Assembly: GCA_012728115.1 (NCBI GenBank)
Contig: JAAYFS010000055.1
Span: 11,779-75,778, forward strand
Length of the DNA stretch: 64,000 nt
Source of the DNA: Bacillota bacterium
GTDB lineage: Bacteria > Bacillota > Limnochordia > Darwinibacteriales > JAAYFS01
Direction: 5' to 3'
The notes beneath the pieces are model-generated. The model did not search any database. It worked only from the letters and a program-made list of their open reading frames with translations, and was not told the DNA's origin. A program made the translations under genes and the position numbers. Below, one piece after another: positions 43,690 to 53,299 of the stretch (positions are counted from its first letter, which is position 1; every line of letters begins with the position of its first letter).

Positions 43690-44730
43690 TTATTCCCTGG
43701 TTAAATCAAGAACCAGCTCAATATTAGTTAAAGCCTTTATAATCTCTATTCTTTCTTCGTGAGATATCACATCGCTGGTAATTGCTATAGCCATATCTTG
43801 ACCTTCATTTAAAACAATTGCAATGGTAGTAGCAGAAAGTTTTTCAACAATAGCAATTATTGCTTCTGGTAACAATTCAGCAACACTTTCTAAGAGCGAA
43901 TCGAACATTATTACGATATCTATGGTTTCTAGGCCGTCAGAGATTATAATGGTAAAACCAGTCGATTGATAGGTCTGCTGAGGTGATCTCGAAGAAGCAT
44001 CCTGAAAATCCAAAACCTCTGTTTCGTATATTGCATGAAAGAAATCTACTGCTCGAAACCCTTCTGGCGATAGTAAGGAGTCAAGATCCACCCATGGCAG
44101 GCGTTCGAGGAGTTCGGTTTTAGATATGCGTTCGAAATGAACTACCGTGTCATTGGTGGAAGTATTATCCAGATTGATATGAGAAACATCTGGATCGTAA
44201 TCTACACTTACTGCTTCGTAGGACTCGACCAATTTTCCATCCTCGTCGTAATAGTATTCGTTGAGACTTATTCCAGTTTTAAGATCGACTACATATTTTA
44301 TTTTCAAAGAATTTTGTTTTTTATCATGCAGCTCGATCACCACGCAGTCTCGAGCTAATACTTGTTGAAAACCAACTATTCGCAACTCATAGTTTGAAAA
44401 AAGGACTTCAAGATATTCGCTTAAACGCCATGTAGCGGTCTGAAGTTCTGGGTCGTATTCCTGTATTCTCTGGGCTGAGTCTGTGCTAAATAAACCTTCT
44501 GCGGTTTCCGTTATTTCAACAAACGTGTTATCAAAAAGATAGTATTCAACTATTGATGTATAAACCTCATCCGCATACTCGACATACTTTTGCTTTAGAT
44601 ATAATTTTTCAAAATTGTTTTCAATAAAAGGGAATCCTGGTGGTAGGGCATCAGATATCATTATTGACTGACTGACCAAAAACAATAAGCAAAAACATAA
44701 ACAGGAAATCGTTTTTTCATTTCGTCTCAA
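43690..44730 (-). CDS. secreted protein of unknown function, paralog B
   Basis: A signal peptide in a 346-aa protein. Shared blocks: NYELRIVGFQQVLARDCVVIELHDKKQN, VDYDPDVS, PEGFR, HEERIEIIKALTNIELV. Confidence 0.6.
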   Translation of the reverse strand: MRRNEKTISCLCFCLLFLVSQSIMISDALPPGFPFIENNFEKLYLKQKYVEYADEVYTSIVEYYLFDNTFVEITETAEGLFSTDSAQRIQEYDPELQTATWRLSEYLEVLFSNYELRIVGFQQVLARDCVVIELHDKKQNSLKIKYVVDLKTGISLNEYYYDEDGKLVESYEAVSVDYDPDVSHINLDNTSTNDTVVHFERISKTELLERLPWVDLDSLLSPEGFRAVDFFHAIYETEVLDFQDASSRSPQQTYQSTGFTIIISDGLETIDIVIMFDSLLESVAELLPEAIIAIVEKLSATTIAIVLNEGQDMAIAITSDVISHEERIEIIKALTNIELVLDLTRE

Positions 44731-44781
44731 TCCGCCTTATATTAAATTTTAATCCTTTAGAAAACCATTAGGCGAATCGCC

Positions 44782-45839
44782 CTAAAATAAATATTGTAAC
44801 CAAAAGTCGGAAGAGTTAACATTATCAATGTTGGTTAACGACTGGATGACCTCTGTTCGTTGTTCGTGTGTCATAAAATCGCCTTCGATCATGATCACAA
44901 TAGGAGTTGGGTCAAAAACTATGCCTATCGTTGAGTTTTGGTATTCAGCAATTGCAAGTATTGTTTCGTCGCTAAATTCAATACTATCTTCTGTGAGATA
45001 AGGGACTTGGATTTGAATCGTGAATAGATTCAAACCATCGGACACAATAATGATTAGGAAAAGATCTTGGTGTTCATCTTTGGTTTCCGTAATTGACTCA
45101 GTAATATATTCTGATTCGATGTCAAGAGCTACAGAAATAATCTCGGCGAAGCCTATAACTTGAAAGCCTTCTGGCAGAGGCAAGGACGTAAGATTTATCC
45201 ATGGAACAAGCTCAGCGAACTCTTCGGCGGTATAAATTAAACCGTCGAACTCAACACCGAAATTTGTAATACCATCTGCTTCAAGTACAGATAAATTGGG
45301 ATCGTAGTCAATTTCCAGTGTTTCCATACTAGCAATAATATTACCTTCGCTATCATATCGGTACTCCTTCAGAATATGGTTCGTCTCTATATCAACAATC
45401 ACTGTAAACACCAATGAATTGTCTTTTTTCTTGTAGACATCCATTTCGATACAGTCGCGTCCTGCAACTTCTTGGAAACCTACCATTCTAACTTCGTAGT
45501 TTGATAAAAAGACTTTTTTGCTTCTGTTGATCTTATTACTTTTTCCATAAAACCGAAATTGCTCTGCAATCTAAATGTTTCGTCCTCTACCCATTCGTCA
45601 AATTGTCGAGCCTTGAATTGAGTAATTATTGTATCCTCACCGAAGTAAAAGTCCGCCTCAAGTTTGAAAACTTCTGGTCCGTGATCAGTAAAGACTACTT
45701 TGGCATAAATGTTATCCACCTTTTTTTCAAGAAACATAAGTATAGGATACGCGAAAGTTATAGGCTCTGCTAGCGCAATGCTCGATACGATAAACACTAT
45801 CGCTAGACAAATCATAGAACTAGTTAACACTTTTTTCAT
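44782..45839 (-). pseudogene. paralog C of the same family, disrupted by a frameshift
   Basis: The N-terminal piece (45480..45839, with signal peptide) and the C-terminal piece (44782..45570, an open frame without ATG that contains FLSNYEVRMVGFQEVAGRDC) overlap in different frames. Together they are about 360 aa, like the intact paralogs. Confidence 0.5.
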
Positions 45840-46220
45840 TCATGAAGACCGCCTTTCATTGTATTTTATGGTTCAAAAAATATGTTGCATCTTTAAAAAA
45901 GTTAGCCAAAAAAATAAACAAAAACGGACATAAGTTTCTTGTTCTGCAAATACTAATTTTGACATCAATTTAATACAATACTTAAATTATTTATTCTAAA
46001 ATCCTTTACCAAATTGGACAAGAATCAATTAAAAAATAAAGGAGGACCCCATATTGATGTTGCCCCCTAATTCCGTGTCTGGATTTGAGGGTTCGCATCA
46101 TATCTGAGTATCCTCCTAAATCAACGCTATTTTTTACATGACTTTAATACCGTTCTCAATCTTAATCATTATTCCAAACTAAACTCAAATCAAAGCCAAA
46201 CCAAAACTAAAAACCCAACT

Positions 46221-46676
46221 TTAACGCTTACTTAAAGCTCTTTCAATTCGCCGTGCTGCATCTTTCTTGGCGATCGCGTCTCTCTTATCATATTTACGTT
46301 TACCCTTAGCTACCGCTAGTTCAATCTTACATTTCCCTCTTTTGAAATAAAGTCTCAAGGGAATCAAGGTATAACCTTGCTCCTGAGTTCTGCCTACCAA
46401 GCGATTAATTTCCCGCTTATGTAGTAAAAGTTTGCGGACACGTAAAGGGTCATGGTTAAATCGATTGCCTTGCTCGTAAGGGCTGATATGCATCCCGTGA
46501 AGAAAAACTTCGCCATCTTTAATTCTGGCAAAACTATCGCTAATATTAACTTTCCCTAAACGCAAGGATTTTACCTCTGTTCCTTGCAGAGCAATCCCAG
46601 CTTCGATAGTATCTTCGATAAAGTAATCATGTCGTGCTTTTCGATTATGAGTAATAATCTTAATTTCTTCCACCAT
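46221..46676 (-). CDS. smpB: SsrA-binding protein
   Basis: [30 protein letters not shown] is present in a 151-aa protein. Confidence 0.9.
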   Translation of the reverse strand: MVEEIKIITHNRKARHDYFIEDTIEAGIALQGTEVKSLRLGKVNISDSFARIKDGEVFLHGMHISPYEQGNRFNHDPLRVRKLLLHKREINRLVGRTQEQGYTLIPLRLYFKRGKCKIELAVAKGKRKYDKRDAIAKKDAARRIERALSKR

Positions 46677-46811
46677 TCTTCACCCTCTCGTGTTATGATC
46701 TAAATTATAACAAAGAACGATGCGCATCTCAATCTACAGCAAAAAAAGCAGGATAAGACTTAAAAAAAGCGAAGTGTTTTCTCGCTACCATCAAAACAGG
46801 AGGGGCAAAAG

Positions 46812-48569
46812 TTGATTAGGAGCAGATGTTTTTTTTATTTATGTAGCATCATACTAATACTTGGTCTTGCAGCCCAAAATAATTATGCCAAAGCCTTTGA
46901 ACTATTTATCGGAGAAAGATCGATTGAGCTAGAATCGCCCCTAATGGTGGTCAACGGCAAAATTCTCGTTCCATTGCAGTTAATTTCAGATGAATTTGAG
47001 GCAATTACAAAAGTTGATCAAGAGAATAACTCTATCGAAATTGATATCCAAAACGACAAGATAACAATGTATCTTGGTAGCACAGATGTCCTATACAACG
47101 GGAAAAAAGAAACTTTGGAAGTCAGCCCACGCCAAAGTAATGATACAATAATGGTACCTTTAGGCTTCATTGCTGATAAATTAGGAGTAAACGTTTCGTT
47201 AGGTTTCTCTGAAATCCAGAATTTGGATTCAAAAGAAACAAATACTGATCACGAATCGCCAAATAATGAAAGAATAGTATATATTGGTGGTCCGCGTTCC
47301 CAGATCTTTCTTGATGTAAAAGAATATACTGGATATCGAAGCACTTTATTAACCAACCCAGATCGGCTTGTCGTCGATATCCTAGGTTATGAAGGCGAAC
47401 CTTTAGAGGAAACCATAATCGATGGAGCGATCGTAAAAAGCGTTGAAAGCACCTTGCTGGATGCCAATACTTTACGAGTGTTTTTTTACTTTAATATCTC
47501 TACGGGTTATGAAATTAAGAATCTTCCCGAAGGCGGGCTTACTGTTGATTTTAACTACTTAATCGATACGGTGGGTTTTGAAAGAATCAATAACAAACCG
47601 ATTATCTGGTTTAATGCGAGCGATAAACCAGAGATAACAGAAATAGAGTTAGTGGATCCACAACGGTTAGTACTTGATCTTCATGATTCTACCTTGCTTG
47701 GGCAAGCAAGAGAATATGAAGTTTCGGATAGTGTTGTGAGGCGTTTACGAATAAGCCAGTTAAACTCAGCAACCACTAGAATTGTGCTAGAATTAAATTC
47801 ACCGATGGTATCCTTACACTATGGCTTTGCTAACGAACGATTAGAGATGGTAATGTTCGAAGGAACCTCGGAAATGGCCCAAGAATATTTAGCGAAGCTT
47901 GAAATGCAGAAACAGGAATCAGAAACAATTCCTCAGGATTTTGAAGTAGATGAGTACATAGTCAGCGAAGGAACAATTCTTACAGATATTGAAAGTGAAA
48001 TTTCTCTTCTTAAAGGAAGAATTATTTGTATTGACCCAGGACATGGCGGGTCGGATCCAGGGTCGATTGGACTTCAAGGTACTTATGAAAAGGATGTAGT
48101 ACTGTCGATCTCACTCTTATTAGGTAATTTACTTGAAGGAGCGGGCGCTAAAGTGGTTTATACCAGAGACGATGATAGCTATATCTCGATCTTTGAAAGA
48201 CCAATGGTTGCGATGCGCCATGATTCGGAAATCTTGATTTCGATTCATGCTAACGGATATGTCGGAGGATTGGTGAGTGGAACCGAAACCTTGTACCATC
48301 CAAAAGATACCCTCAATCTTATATTAGCTGAAGCAATTCAAACACATTTGATTGATGCGATTCAATTACCCAACAGAGGTTTAATTCAACGACCAGATCT
48401 GGCACTTTTAAGAGTATCTGAAATACCGACGGTATTAGTCGAGGTCGCATTTATCACTCACCCAAAAGAAGAACAGCTACTTAAAGCTGAAGGATTTCAG
48501 CTGATGGTAGCGGAAGGAATTTTTCGTGGTATTCTAGAGTTTTTTGAAATTCTAGCAAGCGAGAGGTGA
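46812..48569 (+). CDS. N-acetylmuramoyl-L-alanine amidase (Amidase_3) with N-terminal copper-amine-oxidase-like and spacer domains
   Basis: A signal peptide is followed by KILVPLQLISDEF and MVPLGFIADKLGV repeats, then the C-terminal DPGHGGSDPG...SIHANG amidase_3 core. Confidence 0.75.
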   Translation: MIRSRCFFYLCSIILILGLAAQNNYAKAFELFIGERSIELESPLMVVNGKILVPLQLISDEFEAITKVDQENNSIEIDIQNDKITMYLGSTDVLYNGKKETLEVSPRQSNDTIMVPLGFIADKLGVNVSLGFSEIQNLDSKETNTDHESPNNERIVYIGGPRSQIFLDVKEYTGYRSTLLTNPDRLVVDILGYEGEPLEETIIDGAIVKSVESTLLDANTLRVFFYFNISTGYEIKNLPEGGLTVDFNYLIDTVGFERINNKPIIWFNASDKPEITEIELVDPQRLVLDLHDSTLLGQAREYEVSDSVVRRLRISQLNSATTRIVLELNSPMVSLHYGFANERLEMVMFEGTSEMAQEYLAKLEMQKQESETIPQDFEVDEYIVSEGTILTDIESEISLLKGRIICIDPGHGGSDPGSIGLQGTYEKDVVLSISLLLGNLLEGAGAKVVYTRDDDSYISIFERPMVAMRHDSEILISIHANGYVGGLVSGTETLYHPKDTLNLILAEAIQTHLIDAIQLPNRGLIQRPDLALLRVSEIPTVLVEVAFITHPKEEQLLKAEGFQLMVAEGIFRGILEFFEILASER

Positions 48570-48573
48570 GTAT

Positions 48574-49089
48574 ATGAACAACCGAAGATTCATAAGCATA
48601 TTACTGTTGCTGTTAGTAATATTTGCGAGTATTAGAATCGGGACTGAAAAATTGATCGACATCTTCTCGCCATCCCGTAACGAATACTTTATTGTCTACT
48701 TCGCTTCTGTGGATGCAACTAGATTAGTGCCCGAATATCGATCGGGTAAGGGAACGATCGAAGAAAGGCTCCTGGCTTTGCAAAATGGGCCACAGACCGC
48801 TGGTTTAGTTAATGTTTTAAGCAAGGGTGCGCGCCCATTAGCCTATGAAGTAAGAGGCGATACTCTTTTTGTTAGCTTTAGTAAAGAATTAGTGCTAAAT
48901 CATCCTGGCGGCAGTGCTGGTGAACTGATCACAATTTACGGGATCGTGAATACTTTGACGGAGATACCTGAAATTAAGCGGGTTCAAATTCTTGTGGAAG
49001 GCAGGTTTATCGAAACTTTAGCGGGTCATGTTTCATTACTCCAACCACTTGAAAGGGATCCCACACTTTTAGGTAGTTCTCTTATTTAA
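48574..49089 (+). CDS. GerMN-domain (sporulation/germination-associated) protein
   Basis: A signal anchor precedes a GerMN-like block (LQNGP...ITIYGIVNTLTEIPEIKRVQILVEG). Confidence 0.6.
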   Translation: MNNRRFISILLLLLVIFASIRIGTEKLIDIFSPSRNEYFIVYFASVDATRLVPEYRSGKGTIEERLLALQNGPQTAGLVNVLSKGARPLAYEVRGDTLFVSFSKELVLNHPGGSAGELITIYGIVNTLTEIPEIKRVQILVEGRFIETLAGHVSLLQPLERDPTLLGSSLI

Positions 49090-49129
49090 TGCATATAATA
49101 AGAAAAAGAATGGAAAGTGGAGGCACATT

Positions 49130-50005
49130 ATGGCAAAATCCAATGCTCCGATCGGAATTTATGATTCTGGTGCAGGAGGTTTGACTGTTTGGCAGGCTTT
49201 AAGAAAAGTTTTAAAAGAAGACCTGATTTATTATGCCGACACTGGTCATCTTCCTTACGGAGATAAAAGTCGGCAGCAAATAATTTCATACTCAGATACT
49301 GTAATCAATTTCCTGAAGAAATTCAAAGTCAAAGCGATCATCGCTGCATGCAATACATCTAGTGCCCTCGCTGTTCCGATTTTCCAACCGCAGAGTTCGA
49401 TCCCAATTTTCGGAGTAATCGAACCGGCTGTTCAAAGTGCTATTAGCATAAGTAAGAATAATCGAGTCGGGTTACTTGCTACCAATGCAACGGTTAATAG
49501 TGGGGCTTATGATAAAATATTCGCTCAACAGGCTCCATTAATAAAGCTTTTTTCCCAAGGCTGCCCCAAATTAGTGCCTTTAATCGAAGCGGGACAATAC
49601 GATGGACCAGAAGTGGAGGCGGCAGTGAAAGAATATGTGCTTCCGCTTTTAAAAAACGACGTGGATACCATCGTACTAGGTTGCACTCATTATCCTTTTA
49701 TTTTGCCCGTAATCAGGCGGATCGCTGGAGGAGATGTGGCGATCGTAGACCCTGCTTGGCAAACAGCTTTAAATGTAAAAAAATCGCTAGCTGATATGGG
49801 GATTTTGTCGAATCAAACTCAGGCAAATTATAGTTTTTATGTTAGTGGGGACCCGTGGGAGTTTTCGGTAAGAGCTCACCAATTCTTGGGTGAAAAGCTA
49901 GATAATGTTTCTAAGCATATTCAATCAGAAATCGAGGCAGAAACTGGCGCAGAAGCTGGATTAAAATCGTTGATTCCAATATGGAGAGGGAAAAAAGATG
50001 AGTGA
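49130..50005 (+). CDS. murI: glutamate racemase
   Basis: IGIYDSGAGGLTV and ACNTSS are present. Confidence 0.85.
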   Translation: MAKSNAPIGIYDSGAGGLTVWQALRKVLKEDLIYYADTGHLPYGDKSRQQIISYSDTVINFLKKFKVKAIIAACNTSSALAVPIFQPQSSIPIFGVIEPAVQSAISISKNNRVGLLATNATVNSGAYDKIFAQQAPLIKLFSQGCPKLVPLIEAGQYDGPEVEAAVKEYVLPLLKNDVDTIVLGCTHYPFILPVIRRIAGGDVAIVDPAWQTALNVKKSLADMGILSNQTQANYSFYVSGDPWEFSVRAHQFLGEKLDNVSKHIQSEIEAETGAEAGLKSLIPIWRGKKDE

Positions 50006-51380
50006 ATGGAAAGGGAAACGAGTGGTTGTTGTTGGTTTAGGGGTAAGTAACATACCTCTGATCAGATTTTTGTTGCGCAAAGGAGCAATTGTCGAAGGGC
50101 GCGACAAAAAATCGCCAGAGAAACTTGGTGAACGATATTTTGAACTCCGTGGCTTGGGAGTAGATTGTCTCCTTGGTGCCAACTATCTGAATGACTTAGA
50201 TAAATTTGACACCGTTTTTCTTTCACCAGGGATTCCTAAAAATTTACCAGAATTACGTGCTATCCAAGGTGTCGTTCCATTTTCCAGTGAGACTGAGCTA
50301 GTACTTCGCTATGCAAAAGCTCCCATTTTCGGTATTACAGGTAGCAGTGGTAAAACCACAACAACGACTTTAGTTGGTGAAATGTTAAAAGCAAGTGGGC
50401 TACCAACTTATGTTGGCGGTAATATTGGAGTTCCTTTGATTGAAGAAATAGAATCGATTCCTGAACATGCTAGAATAGTACTGGAATTATCGAGTTTTCA
50501 ATTAGAGCTATTAAATCAAAGCCCTCATGGAGCTTTGATTACGAATATCAGCGAGAACCACTTAGATATTCATGGAACCATGGATAATTATATCCAAGCC
50601 AAGAAACAAATTTTTACCCATCAAACAGATGAAGATATCGCTGTTTTTAATTTTGATGATCCTTTAACTAAAGAAATGGGTAAGGAAAGTACTGGAAGTG
50701 CTTTTTATTTCAGCAAAAATGAGCCTGTTCCGAGAGGGACGTTTACGTATGAAAAAATAATCTACTTTCGTAATGGACCGCATGCTTATCCTGTAATTGA
50801 TCAAGGCGATATTCGATTACGTGGCGAGCATAATTTGGAAAATGTGTTGGCTGCATCACTCTTGGCTCATTTGGCAGGAGCCGATTGGCATTCGATCAGA
50901 GGTGTAGCCAAAAGATTTACAGGTGTACCACATCGCTTAGAAAAGGTGCAAACCATCAAAGGGGTTACATATTACAATGACTCGATAGCGACTACTCCAA
51001 CCAGAGCTATCGCTGGAGTTAAATCGTTTAAAGAACCAGTGATTCTAATCGCGGGTGGCTATGATAAATTGCTCTCTTTCGATGAATTTGCTGATGTGGT
51101 TACCGATCGTACAGTAAAAACTTTAATTCTATTTGGGGCAACTGCCAAAAAGATCCAGAAATGTGTGGAAGAAACCGCAAAAAGAAAGGGTAATCCCAAA
51201 AAACCACAAATAGTTCTGGTAAGCGACTTAGAGGATGCGGTTGGTCTTACCTCACAAATAGCAAATCGTGGCGATATTGTGCTACTATCGCCAGCATGTG
51301 CATCTTTTGATATGTATAATAGTTTCCAAGAGCGGGGACAACATTTTCGGGATTTAGTTGCTCGTTTGCTCGAAAGCTAA
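49998..51380 (+). CDS. murD: UDP-N-acetylmuramoylalanine-D-glutamate ligase
   Basis: GITGSSGKTTTTTLVGEML is present. Length is 460 aa. Confidence 0.85.
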   Translation: MSEWKGKRVVVVGLGVSNIPLIRFLLRKGAIVEGRDKKSPEKLGERYFELRGLGVDCLLGANYLNDLDKFDTVFLSPGIPKNLPELRAIQGVVPFSSETELVLRYAKAPIFGITGSSGKTTTTTLVGEMLKASGLPTYVGGNIGVPLIEEIESIPEHARIVLELSSFQLELLNQSPHGALITNISENHLDIHGTMDNYIQAKKQIFTHQTDEDIAVFNFDDPLTKEMGKESTGSAFYFSKNEPVPRGTFTYEKIIYFRNGPHAYPVIDQGDIRLRGEHNLENVLAASLLAHLAGADWHSIRGVAKRFTGVPHRLEKVQTIKGVTYYNDSIATTPTRAIAGVKSFKEPVILIAGGYDKLLSFDEFADVVTDRTVKTLILFGATAKKIQKCVEETAKRKGNPKKPQIVLVSDLEDAVGLTSQIANRGDIVLLSPACASFDMYNSFQERGQHFRDLVARLLES

Positions 51381-51434
51381 GGAGATTTTTGATATCCTTA
51401 TTTATATATTTCTTTATATTCAGGAGGGGTTACT

Positions 51435-52172
51435 TTGAGTAGAGCTGATGGTAGGCTACCTCATCAACTGCGTGAGGTTGTCATTACGAGAGGATATTTA
51501 AAACATGCAGAAGGGTCGGTATTGATTGAGGTAGGCGATACCAAGGTATTATGTGCAGCATCCGTGGAAGATAAGGTGCCAACATTTTTGCGTGGACAAG
51601 GCATGGGTTGGATAACCGCGGAATATTCAATGTTGCCACGGGCAACTGAAATCCGAAACCCACGTGAATCATCTCGTGGCCGTATTGGTGGACGCACACA
51701 TGAAATTCAAAGATTGATCGGGCGAGCTTTACGAAGTGTAGTGGTTTTGACTGCTCTTGGTGAAAGAACGTTTTGGATCGATTGTGATGTTATCCAAGCT
51801 GATGGCGGTACGCGTACTAGCTCGATTACAGGTGCATACGTGGCGATGGTCGATGCTTTAAGTAAACTAGAGTTACCAACAATGCCTATAACTGATTATT
51901 TGGCAGCTGTGAGCGTGGGTATTGTTGAGGATGAACTGCTTTTGGATCTAAATTACCTTGAAGATTCCAGTGCCCAAGTTGATATGAATGTTGTGATGAC
52001 TGGAACAGGAAAATTAGTTGAAATCCAAGGGACAGCAGAGCAAAATCCTTTTACAAAGGATCAGATGCATGCTATGATGCAATTAGCGGAAAGCGGGATC
52101 CAAGAGTTAATTGCGATCCAGCGTCAAGTACTAACTCAAGATCTGGCAGAGCATTTCAAAGGACAATCATAA
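51435..52172 (+). CDS. rph: ribonuclease PH
   Basis: [13 protein letters not shown]...[12 protein letters not shown] is present. TTG start. Confidence 0.9.
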   Translation: MSRADGRLPHQLREVVITRGYLKHAEGSVLIEVGDTKVLCAASVEDKVPTFLRGQGMGWITAEYSMLPRATEIRNPRESSRGRIGGRTHEIQRLIGRALRSVVVLTALGERTFWIDCDVIQADGGTRTSSITGAYVAMVDALSKLELPTMPITDYLAAVSVGIVEDELLLDLNYLEDSSAQVDMNVVMTGTGKLVEIQGTAEQNPFTKDQMHAMMQLAESGIQELIAIQRQVLTQDLAEHFKGQS

Positions 52173-52792
52173 TGCAGAAGAATCGTTTAGTTATTGCCTC
52201 ACAAAATCTCAATAAAGTAAAAGAGATCAAAAGCATCTTAGTTGATCTTAATTATGAAGTACTACCAGCTTTCCAAGTAATCGGTACATTGGAAATTGAA
52301 GAAGATGGAAGTACCTTTGAGGAAAATGCTAAAAAGAAGGCGTTATTAACTGCTAAAGCAGCAGATTGTTTAGCATTAGCTGATGATTCAGGGTTGGAGG
52401 TAGCAGTTTTAAACAATCAACCTGGAGTTTATTCAGCTCGTTATGCAGGCGAACAGGCCACTGACGAGGATAATAATCAAAAGCTTTTAAGTGCATTAGC
52501 GGATATTCCCGAAGGTTCACGCCAAGCGAGATTCAGATGTGTAATTGCTATCGCCGATCCGCAAGGAAAAGTGGTCACGTGCGAAGGAATTTGCAATGGT
52601 CGCATAACTTTTAAGCCTCGAGGAGATAATGGATTTGGTTATGATCCTCTCTTTTTAGTTGAGGAATATGGCAAGACTTTTGCGGAACTAGAGACAGGTA
52701 TTAAGAATAAAATAAGTCATCGGGCGATGGCTTTACAAAAGGCAAAAGAGATTTTAGCAGGAGATTTAGCAAAAAATTTTTTAGGAAATTAA
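52172..52792 (+). CDS. rdgB: non-canonical purine NTP pyrophosphatase (RdgB/HAM1)
   Basis: The ITPase motifs (VIASQNLNK...FGYDP) are present. It is coupled to rph. Confidence 0.85.
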   Translation: MQKNRLVIASQNLNKVKEIKSILVDLNYEVLPAFQVIGTLEIEEDGSTFEENAKKKALLTAKAADCLALADDSGLEVAVLNNQPGVYSARYAGEQATDEDNNQKLLSALADIPEGSRQARFRCVIAIADPQGKVVTCEGICNGRITFKPRGDNGFGYDPLFLVEEYGKTFAELETGIKNKISHRAMALQKAKEILAGDLAKNFLGN

Positions 52793-52801
52793 ATAAAGTA
52801 G

Positions 52802-52830
52802 TTGACATCCATCGTATCGTATGGTACTAT
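52802..52830 (+). promoter_or_regulatory. sigma-A promoter of the tRNA cluster
   Basis: TTGACA (52802-52807), a 17-bp spacer and an extended -10 TGgTACTAT (52822-52830). Confidence 0.55.
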
Positions 52831-52844
52831 AAGTCTTGCGAGTT

Positions 52845-52922
52845 CGGGGCGTAGCGCAGTTTGGCTAGCGCGCCTGCCTTGGGAGCAGGAGGTCGGAGGT
52901 TCAAATCCTCTCGCCCCGCCCA
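52845..52922 (+). tRNA. tRNA-Pro (anticodon TGG)
   Basis: The cloverleaf has the acceptor CGGGGCG/CGCCCCG and the anticodon loop CTTGGGA. CCA is encoded. Confidence 0.8.
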
Positions 52923-52973
52923 GATATATAAAATTCTATCCCATAACAATTGTTATCATTGTTATCCAAATTA

Positions 52974-53047
52974 GCGGGTGTAGCTCAATGGTAGAGCACT
53001 GGCCTTCCAAGCCAGCTGTGTGAGTTCGATTCTCATCACCCGCTCCA
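52974..53047 (+). tRNA. tRNA-Gly (anticodon TCC)
   Basis: GCGGGTGTAGCTCAATGGTAGAGCA... with the anticodon loop CTTCCAA and the T-arm GTTCGATTC. CCA is encoded. Confidence 0.8.
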
Positions 53048-53058
53048 TTTTTCTATTA

Positions 53059-53134
53059 GCGCCTGTAGCTCAGGGGATAGAGCATCGGACTTCTAATCCG
53101 AGTGTCGCAGGTTCGATTCCTGCCAGGCGCGCCA
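53059..53134 (+). tRNA. tRNA-Arg (anticodon TCT)
   Basis: GCGCCTGTAGCTCAGGGGATAGAGCA... with the anticodon loop CTTCTAA. CCA is encoded. Confidence 0.8.
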
Positions 53135-53139
53135 GTCGT

Positions 53140-53217
53140 GGTGGGTATAGCTCAGTTGGTTAGCGCGCCAGGTTGTGGCCCTGGAGGTCGCCGGTTCGAG
53201 TCCGGTTACTCACCCCA
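53140..53217 (+). tRNA. tRNA-His (anticodon GTG) with an encoded G-1
   Basis: GGTGGGTATAGCTCAGTTGG... with the anticodon loop TTGTGGC. G-1 pairs with C73. CCA is encoded. Confidence 0.8.
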
Positions 53218-53231
53218 TTTTGAATAATAAG

Positions 53232-53258
53232 AGCCTAGCAAAACGCTAGGCTTTTTTG
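53232..53258. terminator. bidirectional intrinsic terminator (tRNA cluster and hydrogenase-like gene)
   Basis: AGCCTAGC-AAAAC-GCTAGGCT followed by TTTTTT. Confidence 0.7.
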
Positions 53259-53299
53259 TTACTTATTTTTACTAAATCCACAAAGCAATAGACTTCCTA

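Noticed and set aside
46030-46120. Looked for the tmRNA gene directly downstream of smpB, where it usually sits. A GGAGGACCCC...GGGTTCGCATCAT stretch looked superficially tRNA-like.
   Set aside because: It has no CCA-ending acceptor stem or T-arm and no tag-peptide ORF. The real ssrA, with full 5' and 3' tRNA-like ends and the ADNNYALAA tag, is at 38058..38408. The 17-aa ORF with an AGGAGG sequence at 46058 is too weak to call.
52802-53023. 73-aa ORF on the plus strand.
   Set aside because: It overlaps the tRNA-Pro and tRNA-Gly genes and their promoter, so it is spurious.
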